NCBI RefSeq assembly: GCF_006345805.1
Contig: NC_043013.1
Location: 9,114,001 to 9,178,000, forward strand
Reading direction: 5' to 3'
Source of the DNA: Octopus sinensis
Lineage: Eukaryota
DNA: 64,000 bases
The position numbers and the translations under genes were made by a program. Positions 1-11,888 of this stretch are shown in pieces; position 1 is the first letter of the stretch, and every line of letters begins with the position of its first letter. The notes beneath the pieces were generated by a model. That model searched no databases, had not been told where the DNA came from, and worked only from the letters and a program-made list of their open reading frames with translations.

Positions 1-303
1 TTTTGGGATATTATTTTTTTTTCTCTCATGTGATATTTAGTGAAGAATAGCTTGGTTTGATACAGTTCTGTAATGGATCATTCACTGGTTCACTGGATTT
101 CTAACAATGAAAGTAACAAGGGAGTGTGAGTTACCCAATATGAAACAAATATTGCAAGGCACTTCATTTGAAAAGTACCATATTTTTCAAATTTCTTTTA
201 AATAATTAAAATTTTGAGCAAAGTTCTACACACTGGCACTTATGTACATACATACATTTTGTGTATGTGTGTGTATGTGTGCATATGTATATATTATGAG
301 GAA

Positions 304-685
304 GGAAGCACTCCGTCGGTTTTGACGACGACGAGGGTTAGGTTGATCGAATCAACGGAACAGCTGGCTCGTGAAATTAACGGTAAGTGGCTGAGCATCC
401 ACAGACACGTGTACCTAACGTAGTTCTCGGGATATTAGGGACACAGAGGTGACAACGGCCGGCCCTTGAAATACAGGTACAACAAGAAAAACAGGAAAGT
501 AAGAGTGAGAGAAAGTTGTGGTGAATGTGAAAGAGTACAGCAGGGATTAACCACCAGCCCCTGCCGGAGCCTCGTGGAGCTTTAGGTGTTTTCGCTAAAA
601 ACACTCACAACGCCGGGTCTGGGAATCGAAACCGCGATCCTATGACCGCGAGTCCGCGCCTAACACTGGGCCATTGCGCCTCCAC
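304..685 (-). mobile_element. tRNA-head SINE (family E)
   Basis: Head GTGGAGGCGCAATGGCCCAGTG (A box)...GGTTTCGATTCC (B box). Second copy at 19952-20335. Confidence 0.85.
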
Positions 686-699
686 CATTTATATCTATA

Positions 700-898
700 T
701 ATAAAGTTAATCCAAACAAGAAAGCACAAACAACAACAACGTGAGGACGTGGAACAATAAGTATTATTGACGCTCAGAAAGAAGGAAAGAGGAGGGTTTA
801 AACGTTTCGAGCGGAGCTCTTCGTCGGAAACATAAAAGGAAAGATCCAGAGAAGGGAAGGACAGAGGAAAAAATCGCCAACGGTACACACAAGGTCAT
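700..898 (-). mobile_element. Penelope-like terminal fragment with degenerate minimal hammerhead
   Basis: Minus strand TTT-CCGACGA-A-GAGC-TCC-GCTC-GAAA-CGTT, resembling minimal PLE hammerheads; flanked by microsatellite. Confidence 0.45.
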
Positions 899-1304
899 AT
901 ATATATATCCATGCGAGTGTGAATGTGTGTGTGTGTATGTGTGCGTGTTTGTGTGAATGTGCATATTTATATTCCCTTCACCTATTTTTGATCCATTGCT
1001 GAATGAAGCCCCAGCATGCTGTTGCTGGCTTACCTGTAGTGTTTGTTAGCTTACCTGTCCATATTCATTAAATCTGGCTTGAACGGAAGACATCATTGGT
1101 CGAGTGATTTACCCTGATTATTGACACTGAGACAGAATTTGAACTCAATATGCAAAGAATTACAACAGATACCACAAAGCAAAGCAATCCACTGCTTTTG
1201 ACTCGTACTATTTTTTTTTCTGTAGTTTCAGCTCAGAGCTGTGACCATGCTGAGGCACCACCGTTTCGCTACCCTGTTATTATTGAGAGCCTCTTCCAAT
1301 ATGT

Positions 1305-3145
1305 GGCAGTTGGTGAAGAATGGAGTTTGAATAGCTACCCTCATTTGCACCTCTTAAAAAAGCTGTAAAATTATTTTATGAAAAAGCTGTAAAATTATGG
1401 GAAACTTGTTGGAGGGTCTACTTGAGTTGCAAAAACAGTAATAACAACAACTCAAAAAACAACAAGAACAACAACAAATGTTACTGCAACAAATGCTACA
1501 ACTAATGAAGTTGGTAACAAAACCAGAAAATACATTCTTGCCAGACCATGTAGCAAATTCAATAAATAAATTTAAATATGACCTAGAAGAAGGAGTCACC
1601 TTTGAGACATATTAGGGAAGATTTGAACTAATTTTCAAAAAAGAATGCCAAGACCGGATGGACAAAATGAAAATGCATCTAATTCTGAGGAAACTGATGA
1701 TGACAGAGCACAAGAAATACTGTGACTTTATATTGAACTAAGAAAGTTTCAGGCATAAATTTCATGGACTCAGTTGACATTTTATGTAAGATGTTCAGTG
1801 AAAAGACATTGTTATTCAACACATGTTGGAAGGGTTTGAATATGGAGAAAAGCAATGATGAAGACTTTACCACATATGCGGGTAGAGTGGACAGAGAGTG
1901 TGAGAGATTGAAACTGGATAAACTAACTCCAGACTCGTTCAAGTACCTGATTTTTGCTCAGGGACTTACTGCTAAAAAAGGACACAGAAGTCAGAATGAA
2001 AATTCTCGCAAAGCTGGAAATGAACTTGTCGGAAGAGTGTGACGTGATATTAAAAGTGAGAGGAAATCCAATGCAGAGATTGTTTACAGACAAAACCAGT
2101 GTAGAAAAGTCGGAAGACGGATAAAGTGTGTCACAAAAAAAACAGGACATGCAGCAGGAAATAAACTCAGGTATGGCATGTGGTGGTGAGTACTTGAGAA
2201 AAGGGTGTCCATTCGATAAAGCAAAGTGTTCTCGTTGTGGGAACACAGTACGCATTAAATCACACTGCAGAATAAAGATAATGAAAAATTGGACCATACA
2301 AGAAAATATAAATAGCTTGTCATTGGAGAAAAAAGTTTATACAGCAAACAGGAAAATTATCAAGGTGAGAATCAAAACCACTAGTGTCAAAATGCAATTA
2401 GACACAGGTAGTGACATCACCATCATAAATGAAGAAACATGGTGACAAATTGGTTAATCAAAATTATTTAAATCAAATGAAGCAGGAAATAAATTATATT
2501 TCATCAGCGAATGTATTTGCAATGTAACTTTTTGAGGTGAAACATAAAGGACAATCATTTATGTGTTGAAAAAAACCCCACTAAACCTATTTGGGAGAGA
2601 ATGCATGGAGTTATTTAAAATGTGGGATACCCCCATTAGTGTTCCCTGTGAAAATGTAGTTGGGATAGTTAAAAGTTTGAATGAAGTCAAACAACTGAGA
2701 CAAAAAATAAAAAAATTGTTTCCAAATGTCGTTTTGGAAGGATTAGGTTGTTACACTAAAACAAAAGTGAGGATCGTGGTAAAAGAAAAGGCAACTCCTG
2801 TTTTTGGGCCCAAATGGAATGTGCCATTTGCAACATTGGTCCAGGTCAATAAAGAGCTAGAAAGACTAGAAAGTCTAGCTATAATTGAAAAAGTCAACCA
2901 TTCAGACTGGGCAGCTCCGACGGTTTATGTAAAGAAAAAAACATAATAAACTAAGAGTTTGTGCAAACTTTTCAACTGGATTAAATGACGTTTCCTCAAA
3001 CACAACAATCCATTACTAAACCCAGAAGAAATGTTCTCAAAACTAAATGGAGGTAAAATTTTCTCAAAGTTAGACCTCTCGGAGACCTATCTACAGATAC
3101 AAGTACAGGAAGATTGTGGACACCTTTTAACAATCAATACCCACG
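1305..3145 (+). mobile_element. Decayed Ty3/Gypsy (Mag/K02A2.6-like) gag-protease-RT 5' half
   Basis: TGG PBS-like start. Gag NKFKYDLEEGVTFETY...LILRKL; protease MQLDTGSDITII; RT WAAPTVYVKK and FSKLDLSETYLQI...LLTINTH. Many stops and frameshifts. Confidence 0.9.
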
Positions 3146-4309
3146 GGAAACACCTTAAAATTTCAAACAAATTTATTTTAATATGGGGTAGGACCACCTT
3201 TGGCAGTAATTACAGCTTGAATTCTATGAAGTATAGACTCGTACAAAGTTTGAATGTTTCCAAAGGAATTTTTGTCCATTCTTCAACTAAAACAGTCTCC
3301 AGTTCTTGTAGGATATCAACTCCTTACTTGTTTTTCTAAAATGCACCATAAATGTTCAATAATATTGAGTTATGGGGACTGTGTGGCCAGATAAGATGTT
3401 TAATGTCACTAGAATATTTCTCGTGCCATTCAGTAACAACTTTAGCTGTGTGAATTGGTGCATTATCATCCTGAAAGATTGCGTTTCCCTTCGGAAACAG
3501 TTCTGCAACCGTAGGATGAATTTGATCAGATAAAATGTTTAAATAGTCTTGACTGTGAATTCTGCCATGAAGGGAAACCATTGGGTTGGCAGATTTCCAA
3601 GATATAGCTCCACCCCCGATCATCACAGATCCTCCTCTATATTTAACAGTTGGAGGAAAGCAGTCTGGGTCAAATGCTTCTTTTGGCTGTCTCCACACGT
3701 ATGACTCATCCAAGAAAATAACATTCTTCCACTGCTCTAGGGACCAATTCTGTAGGTTTTTACTCCACTCTAAATGCTTTGCAATGTTTGTTTTTGAAAG
3801 TAATGGTTTTCTGATTGCAGCCCTCCCTTGAAAACCAGCTTTGTGCAGCTCCCAGCAAACAGCTTTTGTGGAAACTGGGTTCTCGAGGTGGTAATTAAGC
3901 TCTGCAGTAATTTTGGGAGCAGTTCTTTTGTGATCCTTTCTAACAATTTGCGTAAGAGTCCGACAGTCCCTATATGATAGATTTGGTTTTCTTTGTTTCG
4001 ATGAGGAGGTTTTTTTCCCTCTTACTCAAAGGCTATCATTACTTTTGAGACTGTACCTCTTGATACAACTGCCATATGAGTACCAACAATTTGACCTCTT
4101 TGTAAGTCAAATAGACCTGTCATTTTAATGAATTTTGATTACTTTTTTCTGATGATATCTGAAAAGAAACAGCTGTTTTAGCAAAACATATTAAGCAACA
4201 TTAATAATAAATCAAAAAACATAATAATCAAACCTTTGAAGGTTTTATAGATATTTCAAAATTATGATGCTATGATGCGAGGTGTTTCCATTATTTTGTC
4301 TAACCCCTG
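3146..4309 (-). mobile_element. Decayed Tc1 transposon
   Basis: TVKYRGGSVMI...IFQDDNAPIH...WPHSP DDE segments. Right terminus CAGGGGTTAGACAAAATAATGGAAACACC followed by TA; only GGAAACACC survives at the left end. Confidence 0.88.
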
Positions 4310-4469
4310 TATGTGTGCTTGTCCTATTTTTGTTAAAACGAAATAACTAATGTCACAGCTCCCTTTTGTTATTGACTGACGGAATTCAAAGATGTCTCTT
4401 TTGTTCCCGTTGACATTTCGCAATATCAATAGGATCGGGTATAGCTATATAGTTAAGGACCTCACTTTG

Positions 4470-4599
4470 TAACCACATGGTCTTGGGTTCAATCCCATTT
4501 TGCAGAACAACTTGGGAAGGTGTCTTCTACTATAGCTCTGGGCTGACCAATGCCTTATGAAAGGATTTGGTTGTCAGAAACTGAGTGGAAGCCTGTCGT

Positions 4600-4654
<55 letters not shown>

Positions 4655-4885
4655 CGTGTGCATGTGAGTGTGTCTCTGTGCTAGTGTTCGTCCACCCCAA
4701 CACCACAACTGGTGTTAGTTTGTTTACATCCCTCAAACTTGGCAGTTTGGCAAGAGACTGATAGAATAAGTACCAGACTTCAAAATAAATACTGGGGCCA
4801 ATTTGTTCAACTAAAACCCTTCAAGGCAGTGCTCCAGCATGGTCACAACCCAATGAGTGAAACGAATAAAAGATAAAAGAGAAGA
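4470..4885 (+). mobile_element. SINE family A (tRNA head, internal TA/TG microsatellite)
   Basis: Homologous to 6897-7303, with an expanded (TG)n core. Confidence 0.8.
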
Positions 4886-4899
4886 TCATAAAAGACACA

Positions 4900-5880
4900 C
4901 ATAACATCTCTTGTTCCATGTAAGAAACTCAAAAGTCCCCCTTAAGAAACTTAAATGAAACTCAAGTCCAACTTAATGCTTTTTCTTTTTGGAGTCTGTT
5001 TGTAGGAAATCTGTGTTCTTTCTTTTTCTTCTACTTGTACACGTGGGTTCAACCACCTATAACTGTGTTGGTACCTGCAATGTGTCATACAACCATTCTG
5101 TAGGTTCTTCCAATCTGTCTGGTTCATTTTCTATGAATCTCTTCTTCAATTGGTTTCTGTGTCTTTTTTCAATACATTTTCTGCTTTTAATCCCGTACAT
5201 CATTTTCCCTATGTACTTTGTATTTTTCTTTCTGTGGTGTTAGCGGTGTTATGGGCTGTGATGAGCTATGTGGTGTTGGTGGAGAGGATGAAAAATGAGG
5301 TAGATGGAAGTAAGGCTTGCAGGGGCCGGCGGAAGAGTGAAAAGGGCGTGTGTGAGCAGGAAGCATGTGTGGTCAGCAAGCATGCGTAGTCAGTTCCAGC
5401 AAAGAGCGCAGAGCGACAAGACGTGTTGAATTCATGAGAGTGACCACTGATTTCGCCGAGGTAAGGCCTTTTGTATTTCTTTCTCCCGTTGCTTCTTTTT
5501 CTGTTGTCCTTTTCCTCCATCACACTACACTTTCTTCCCAGTATTGTTTTCCACTTTTATATGACCTTTTGTGCACCTTATCACCAATTTTGGAAAATTT
5601 TTGGTTTGTCTCTCCTGGTACTTTTCCTTTCCTCGCCATGTAACAGTTTATCAAAAACTGACTTCATCTTCCTCGAGAAACATCAGTTCTGCTGGTGAGC
5701 TTCCTGCTGGCGTATCGGGGTTCAGTGTCACCCTGTATACCCTTAGGAACTGCTGCAGAGTGACTTCGTCTGTGACTTCCTTGTCTGCTTTTCTCAAAGC
5801 TCTTTTAAAAGTGTCCACAAAATGCTCTGTCTGTCCATTTGATCTGGGATGGTAAGGCGCTATCACTATATGTTCCACTG
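4900..5880 (-). mobile_element. Decayed Gypsy integrase / 3' end
   Basis: APYHPRSNGQTEHFVDTFKRAL...SPAELMF integrase core, IGDKV and KRHRNQL C-terminal motifs, then a purine-rich tract. Confidence 0.85.
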
Positions 5881-6275
5881 CCCCGCTCCCTTATGACATT
5901 TTTATTATAGTCACAAAGCTTTATGGCCGATGCCAGCGCCGCCTTGACTGGCCTCCATGCCGGTGGCCCGTAAAAAGCACCATCCAAATCATGGCTGATG
6001 CCAGCGCCGCCTTGACTGGCTTCCGTGCCGGTGGCACATAAAATGCACCAATCTGATCATGGCCATTGCCAGCCTCGCCTGGCACCTGTGCAGGTGGCAT
6101 GTAAAAAGCACCCACTACACTCACGGAGTGGTTGGCGTTAGGAAGGGCATCCAGCTGTAGAAACACTGCCAGATCAGACTGGAGCCTGGTGCAGCCTTCT
6201 GGCTTCCCAGATCCCCAGTCGAACCATCCAACCCATGCTGGCATGGAAAACGGACGTTAAACAATGATGATGATG
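5880..6275 (+). mobile_element. RTE 3'-UTR fragment with (GAT)n tail. Other copies: 19600-19790, 28695-28945, 30540-30810, 32520-32710, 45490-45965(-), 47110-47370, 47440-47770(-), 49600-50010(-), 55180-55410(-), 58030-58537
   Basis: Same sequence as the 3' end of the RTE at 15884-17463 (GTGGCACGTAAAAAGCACC...AACCCATGCTAGCATGG...GTTAAACGATGATG). Confidence 0.85.
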
Positions 6276-6367
6276 TTTACAAGAATCTGATTTTTGGAAT
6301 ATTGTCCCTCAATAGTGCTATGCTCAAGGCTCAATTTTTTAATTCTTTCACATACTTTAAGAGCATG

Positions 6368-6715
6368 AAGACACATGGCTCAGTGATTAGAGTGTTGGGC
6401 TCACAATCATGAGGTAGTGAGTTCGATTCCCACATTGGGCTGTGTGATGTGTTCTTGAACGTGATACTTTATTTCACATTGCTCCAGTTCACTCAGCTGT
6501 AGAAATGATTTGCAACGTCACTGGTGCCAAGCTGTATCAGCCTTTGCCTTTCCCTTGGATAACATTGCTGACAGGGAGAGAGAAGGCTGGTATGCATGGG
6601 TAACTTCTGGTCTTCCATAAACAACCTTGCCCAGATTTGTGCCTTGGAGGGGAACATTCTAGGTGCAATCTCATGGTCATTCAGGAACAAAGGGCGTCTT
6701 TACCCTTTGCCTTTT
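6368..6715 (+). mobile_element. tRNA-head SINE family D. Other copies: 13900-14232(+), 31070-31300(+), 33600-33745, 53310-53545(-)
   Basis: TGGCTCAGTG A box, GAGTTCGATTCC B box, shared body GCTCCAGTTCACTCAGCTGTAG. Confidence 0.8.
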
Positions 6716-6896
6716 TATATGAAGAGCATTGACAGGGAACCTTCTGATTTATATCCATTCATCCATCTATTTTTCTTTGACACTATTCCTGGGAGAATCA
6801 TAGGGGTAGAATCTTCAGACACCTTCTCAAAAGGATCCTATCAGAAGCAAATGTAATTATATTTTTATAATTATAATTATATATAAATATAATTAT

Positions 6897-7303
6897 AAGG
6901 CGCAGGAGTGGCTGTGTGGTAAGTAGCTTGCTAACCAACCACATGGTTCCGGGTTCAGTCCCACTGCGTGGCACCTTGGGCAAGTGTCTTCTGTTATAGC
7001 CCCGGGCGACCAATGCCTTGTGAGTGGATTTGGTAGACGGAAACTGAAAGAAGCTGTCGTATATATGTATATATATATAAGTGTTGTGTATATGTTGTGT
7101 GTCTGTGTTTGTCCCCTAGCATTGCTTGACAACCGATGCTGGTGTGTTTTACATCCCCGTCACTTAGTGGTTCAGCAAAAGAGCCCGATAGAATAAGTAC
7201 TGGGCTTACAAAGAATAAATCCTGGGGTCGATTTGCTCGACTAAAGGCGGTGCTCCAGCATGGCCGCAGTCAAATGACTGAAACAAGTAAAAGAGTAAAA
7301 GAG
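6897..7303 (+). mobile_element. SINE family A, full length. Other copies: 12135-12560(-), 13420-13868(-), 14425-14824(-), 17688-18090(-), 22327-22712(+), 22805-22965(-), 24538-24957(-), 26920-27338(-), 33790-34030(-), 37100-37290(+), 38345-38610(+), 53150-53310(+), 54990-55135(+), 59455-59755(-), 60215-60530(-)
   Basis: Head AGGCGCAGGAGTGGCTGTGTGG...GGTTCAGTCCC, then CCTTGGGCAAGT, an internal microsatellite and an A-rich tail GTAAAAGAG. More than 20 mutually similar copies in the window. Confidence 0.9.
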
Positions 7304-8180
7304 ATATCCAAGTGTGACCGACTGAGACAATGGATATTATCCAACCTTCTTGTTCCTGGTCTTGTCCTAAGTCTTCTGTCAGTTGACTCAGCTTGAAGCA
7401 TCTGTCTTGTGGTCCTTCACTGCAACATGTCCATACTACCAAACATCTGACTCTCTCAATGCAGAGAAGTTGTGGCTCAACTTGGAGCAACTCCCTGATC
7501 CCGAGCTATGTACCTTGTTGAATAATGTCGTTCCATTTTACTCACTTGTATTCCTGATTTTACTCTTTGGATCATGACCTAAAATTCGTGACCATAAGTG
7601 AGGAAAGGCACAGAAACCAGATGTAAATGGCAAATTTGGGTTTTCTCTTTTTTCTTTCTTTTTGTTTAAACTCTCCTTTTTTGAGTATTGAATGCTGAAG
7701 TTGGCACATCACTGGAGAGATTCAGTTGTACCATAAAAAAAAAAGGAAAATGGAACACTCTTGAAATCCACTCTGGTTTTATGCTGTTAAGTCATTTCAT
7801 TACTGTATTTATTTTGAGATGCTCTATGTTTCTTTCAATTAATTTTAAATATAACAAAAAATTTAGTAAAATAACTTATTTATCAGTAAGCTAATGTTAG
7901 GAACACAAATTGTGACTAAGGTTTGGTGGAAGATTTTAATTCAGAGCTTTTGAAAACAAGACATTTGTACTCAGAGCCAGAGCCGGTTTCAGCCGGGTTG
8001 GTATCAAAAAGGTTAAGTCATTTCGATAATTCCCTTCACTTTTCCAACTAAATCTTCTCTGAAGTTGTTATGTTTACTTTACAAAATTGACTAGACACCT
8101 TCTGGTATACTTGTCTTCACAATTTGAGCACAGAATAGGTTATCTGCTTCCTCCAAAATTCTGCTTCATATTACTTTGGC

Positions 8181-8344
8181 TTAACCCTTTAACATTCACA
8201 TTATTCCGTCAATGTTTAGTTGTTCACATTGTTTATTTTCAGAATAATATAGAAAGTGTAAGAGGCCAGATGTGGCCAATTTGAAGATAAAACAGGGCTG
8301 AATATTTTGGCTAGATATGATCAGTTTAAATGCTAAAGAGTTAA
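8181..8344. mobile_element. piggyBac-like MITE (TTAA-CCCTTT...AAAG[AG]G-TTAA). Other copies: 10703-10930, 12730-12957, 54129-54357; related family at 51641-51855 and 7865-8016
   Basis: TTAA at both ends, short TIRs, mutually similar internal sequence. Confidence 0.75.
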
Positions 8345-9109
8345 TTTTCCAACAGCTAAATTATTGTCAAACCAAGGAGTAACTGATATAGAAGAAAGTG
8401 TACTTATAGTCTCACCTGTTCCTTCAATCAGCAAATTTACTGTCAATCCCACAAGAAAGGAATGTGACCTAAGTGTTGCTGAAACCAAGCCTAAAGAGTC
8501 ATCCCACCTTGTCTCACAAAGTATTGGTTTGAAAAACAATAAACCACCTATGACAAAAGCTATGACAACAACAATGAAAACAACAGCAACAACTCCTTAA
8601 ATGAGCCCCATTGTTTAACCTAGGTCCTTTAACTATTAGAAGACAGCACAGCACTTAATAGGATGTACTGACATTGCTTAGCTAGGCCAGAGTTTACACT
8701 ATCCCAGTAAGAAATACAAAAGAAATAAAAATAACTATCACCTAGGAGTGTTTGAGAACCCAACAGAAAGTGCTTGAAGGAATGTGAGAAGCAATAGGGT
8801 ATATGAAAAAGATTATATAGGATGGTCACAAAACTCTACCCCAATAACAGAGACAATATAAATATCCAGACGTGCATGCCTTCTCATGAATATGTAATCC
8901 TACACTTGTATTTCTGGAAATATGTAAATAAGGTGAGACAAGGCCACCGGAAATAATCTAATTATTTTTGAATGACTTTGGAGGTGTATGGAATGATTGC
9001 AGATATCAGAACAACACAACACAAAAACTAGTCTGACCTAAAAATAGAGGTGCAGATGTTGCTCACTCCAGAAAACTTACTAAGGATACTCAAACTCATT
9101 CCCCTAGAG

Positions 9110-9328
9110 CAGTGGTTTTCAACCAGGGTTCTGCGGAACCTTAGGGTTCCGCCAGTACAGTCCAGGGGTTCCGCAAAAAGTTACAAAACTGCTAAAATCG
9201 GCAGTAATTTTTAATTCTCCTGTGCAGATATGTGTGCATAAGACTATTAAATTATTGCGCAGGGGTTCCTCGAGCCAGTGGAATGTTTCCTTGGGGTTCC
9301 GCTCCAGCAAAAAGGTTCAAAAGCACTG
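9110..9328. mobile_element. hAT (Charlie/Buster-like) MITE
   Basis: TIR CAGTGGTTTTCAACC / GGTTCAAAAGCACTG; exact 8-bp TSD CCCTAGAG (9102-9109, 9329-9336). Confidence 0.88.
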
Positions 9329-10164
9329 CCCTAGAGAATGGGAATTCATAAGTTTTGAAGAAAAACAAGGCTCAAAATGCACATATATACAAGAGCAAGC
9401 CTTTTTCTTGCCCTTCTGAATTATTATCAGATGACAAAGAAAAAAAGGGGTAACCCAGAGAGTGGCAAGTGGTAAACAGAAAAGTCAAAAAAAGAAAAGG
9501 CAAAAAAACCAAAGGCACCTATGAAGAAACATAAAAATGATGGAAATCAAAGAATACAAAATAATCACCAACTAACACAGGTACCGAAACAACACCAGGA
9601 ACAAACAAAATAACAAAACTCGAAACTACTACAACCACTACCACAGCAACAACAACAACCAAACATAGGATATTGACCACAAGAACAATGGTGATAAAAC
9701 AAAAGCGCAATAGCAACAAATACACAAACAACAACAACAGCAACCAAACACAAATAGAAAACATTGACTTAGCTGTTATAAAAAAACAAGTTGACTGACT
9801 ACATAAAAAAAATACAAATTATTTTCTAGTACACAACTCAAAATTTTCAGACCAATCTTAACAGCTGAAAATAGTCAGTCAATCTATACATCAAAACAAT
9901 TTTGGAGGACCAAAAATTCCATGTGAAATGCAGTAGAATTTGGAAAAATAATGACAATATTTGAATGTTTACTCTCCATGTTTACATTATATACTCTGCT
10001 GGTTTGTATGTCAGAGTATTCAATAGCAAACAGGTGAGGACAAATTTGAGAAATTCATCCCCAAAACACTCAAAGCCAGATTATTAATAAAAATATTAAC
10101 AGGCATCTATTATGTTTTCTGGGATAATTTCTCGAGAAGTGTTGGGACTTTTAGAGATAGAATA

Positions 10165-10676
10165 CTCTAAATCCTTGAGTATAATCCGCATTTTTTCCCC
10201 AAAATTTAAAGGCCAAAATCCCTAGTGCGTACTATATATGAGGTTAAAAATGAGCACTTTTCTAAGCACTGTCCGAATCTCTATTTGCTGTCCGGCAATG
10301 TTTATTCAGAAGCATTTTGTGATGTCGGGCGCGAAAATGTCTTAAGCTAAGCCTGAAAGCAATGAAGTCATAAAAGAATCATCCATAACTTGCAGTAAGC
10401 AACATTTATTAAACATTATTACTGTTATTTCTTTATTTTCTGCAAACAAAATGCACAAAAGAGCTACACGTTTGCATTATGTTATATATATACAATAATA
10501 ATAAAGGACGTTACCGTATACAGTTTTACAAACCAAGGACGTTATATAGACCTCTTTGACTCAAGATAGAGAAGGGGTACGTATTATACACAAGGTTTAG
10601 GTTTTTCAGAGGTACAGCCCCCTAAAAATCCCCTGCGTATTATACTCAAGGGCAGACTATACTCGAGGATTTACGG
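10165..10676. mobile_element. pogo/Tigger-like MITE
   Basis: TIRs CTCTAAATCCTTGAGTATA / TATACTCGAGGATTTACGG, with TA on both sides. Confidence 0.8.
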
Positions 10677-11252
10677 TAAAGAAGACATTACTCAAGGGGT
10701 TTTTAACCCTTTAGCATTCAGATCTCTTTGTCAAACGTAACCCTTATTCATCCACATTGTTTCGAATTTAACTTGTATTAACTTGCAGCTTTGAAATTTC
10801 CCTGATGTGATTGTTTATTATTAGAATAATATTGTCAGGTAGGTGCGAGAAGTCAGATCCGGCCAGGTTGAACATAAAACAAGTAGAAAATTTTAATTGG
10901 ATATGGTCGGTTTAAATGCTAAAGAGTTAAGAGACACCTTCCTGCAAAAGGATGTGGACGATCGGTCAATGTTGATGATGGAGAATAACTTTTTCTCCAA
11001 TAGACATTGTGTCATTCAGCATAGGTTGTGTAAATATTATGTGCTCTAGGGTCAGCTCGGAAGCAGGATCATTTTGGTCAATGACCTTGGAATTTCCTTT
11101 CTTCTCATGTCTTTCCCATAGGTGTTGACTTGCTAGAATACAGGAGGATCATTTAATAGCATTGATATCACCAATATCAGAGGGGTTGTGAGGGTTATGA
11201 GCACTGGCCCTTTATCTAGACCCAGAAAGGAATAGTCAGAGTCGAGATATCC

Positions 11253-11888
11253 TCCTCTTCCTCGAACACCACCTCCTCGTCCTCCTCCTCCTTACCACCA
11301 CCCCCTCTTCCACCACCACACCTCCTCTTCCTCCACCACCACCACCACCACCACCACCACTTCCTCCTCTACCACCACCTCTTCCTCTTCCTCATCCTCC
11401 GCCCCCCCACCACCTCCTCCTCCTCCACTTCCACCACATCTCCTCCTCCCCCACCACCTCCTCCTCCTCTTCCACCACCATCTCCTCCTCCACCACACCC
11501 TCCTCCTCCTCCTCTTCCACCACCATCTCCTCCTCCACCACCATCTCTTCCTCCTCCTCCACCACATCCTCCTCCTTACCACCACCCCCTCTTCCACCAC
11601 CACACCTCCTCTTCCTCCACCACCACCACCACCACCACCACCTCCTCCTCCTCCTCTACCACCACTTCTTCCTCTTCCTCATCCCCCACCTCCTCCTCCT
11701 CCTCCACTTCCACCACATCTCCTCCTCCCCCACCACCTCCTCCTCCTCTTCCACCACCATCTCCTCCTCCACCACAACCTCCTCCTCCTCCTCTTCCACC
11801 ACCATCTCCTCCTCCACCACAACCTCCTCCTCCTCCTCTTCCACCACCATCTCCTCCTCCACCACCACCTCCTCCTCCTCCTCCTCCA
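11253..11888. repeat. Compound (CCT/CCA/CTT)n triplet minisatellite with higher-order duplication
   Basis: About 630 bp with almost no G on the plus strand; blocks are repeated. Explains the poly-E/V and poly-G/W/R ORFs. Confidence 0.95.

Noticed and set aside
610-685. tRNA-like sequence (also heads at 6368, 13900, 20260, 31070)
   Set aside because: A/B boxes continue into SINE bodies with no complete cloverleaf, so these are SINE heads rather than tRNA genes.
8345-10130. Possible decayed LINE ORF1/endonuclease sequence
   Set aside because: Only faint hints (Q/T/K-rich stretch, possible broken zinc knuckle) with many stops; needs a BLASTx/HMM search.
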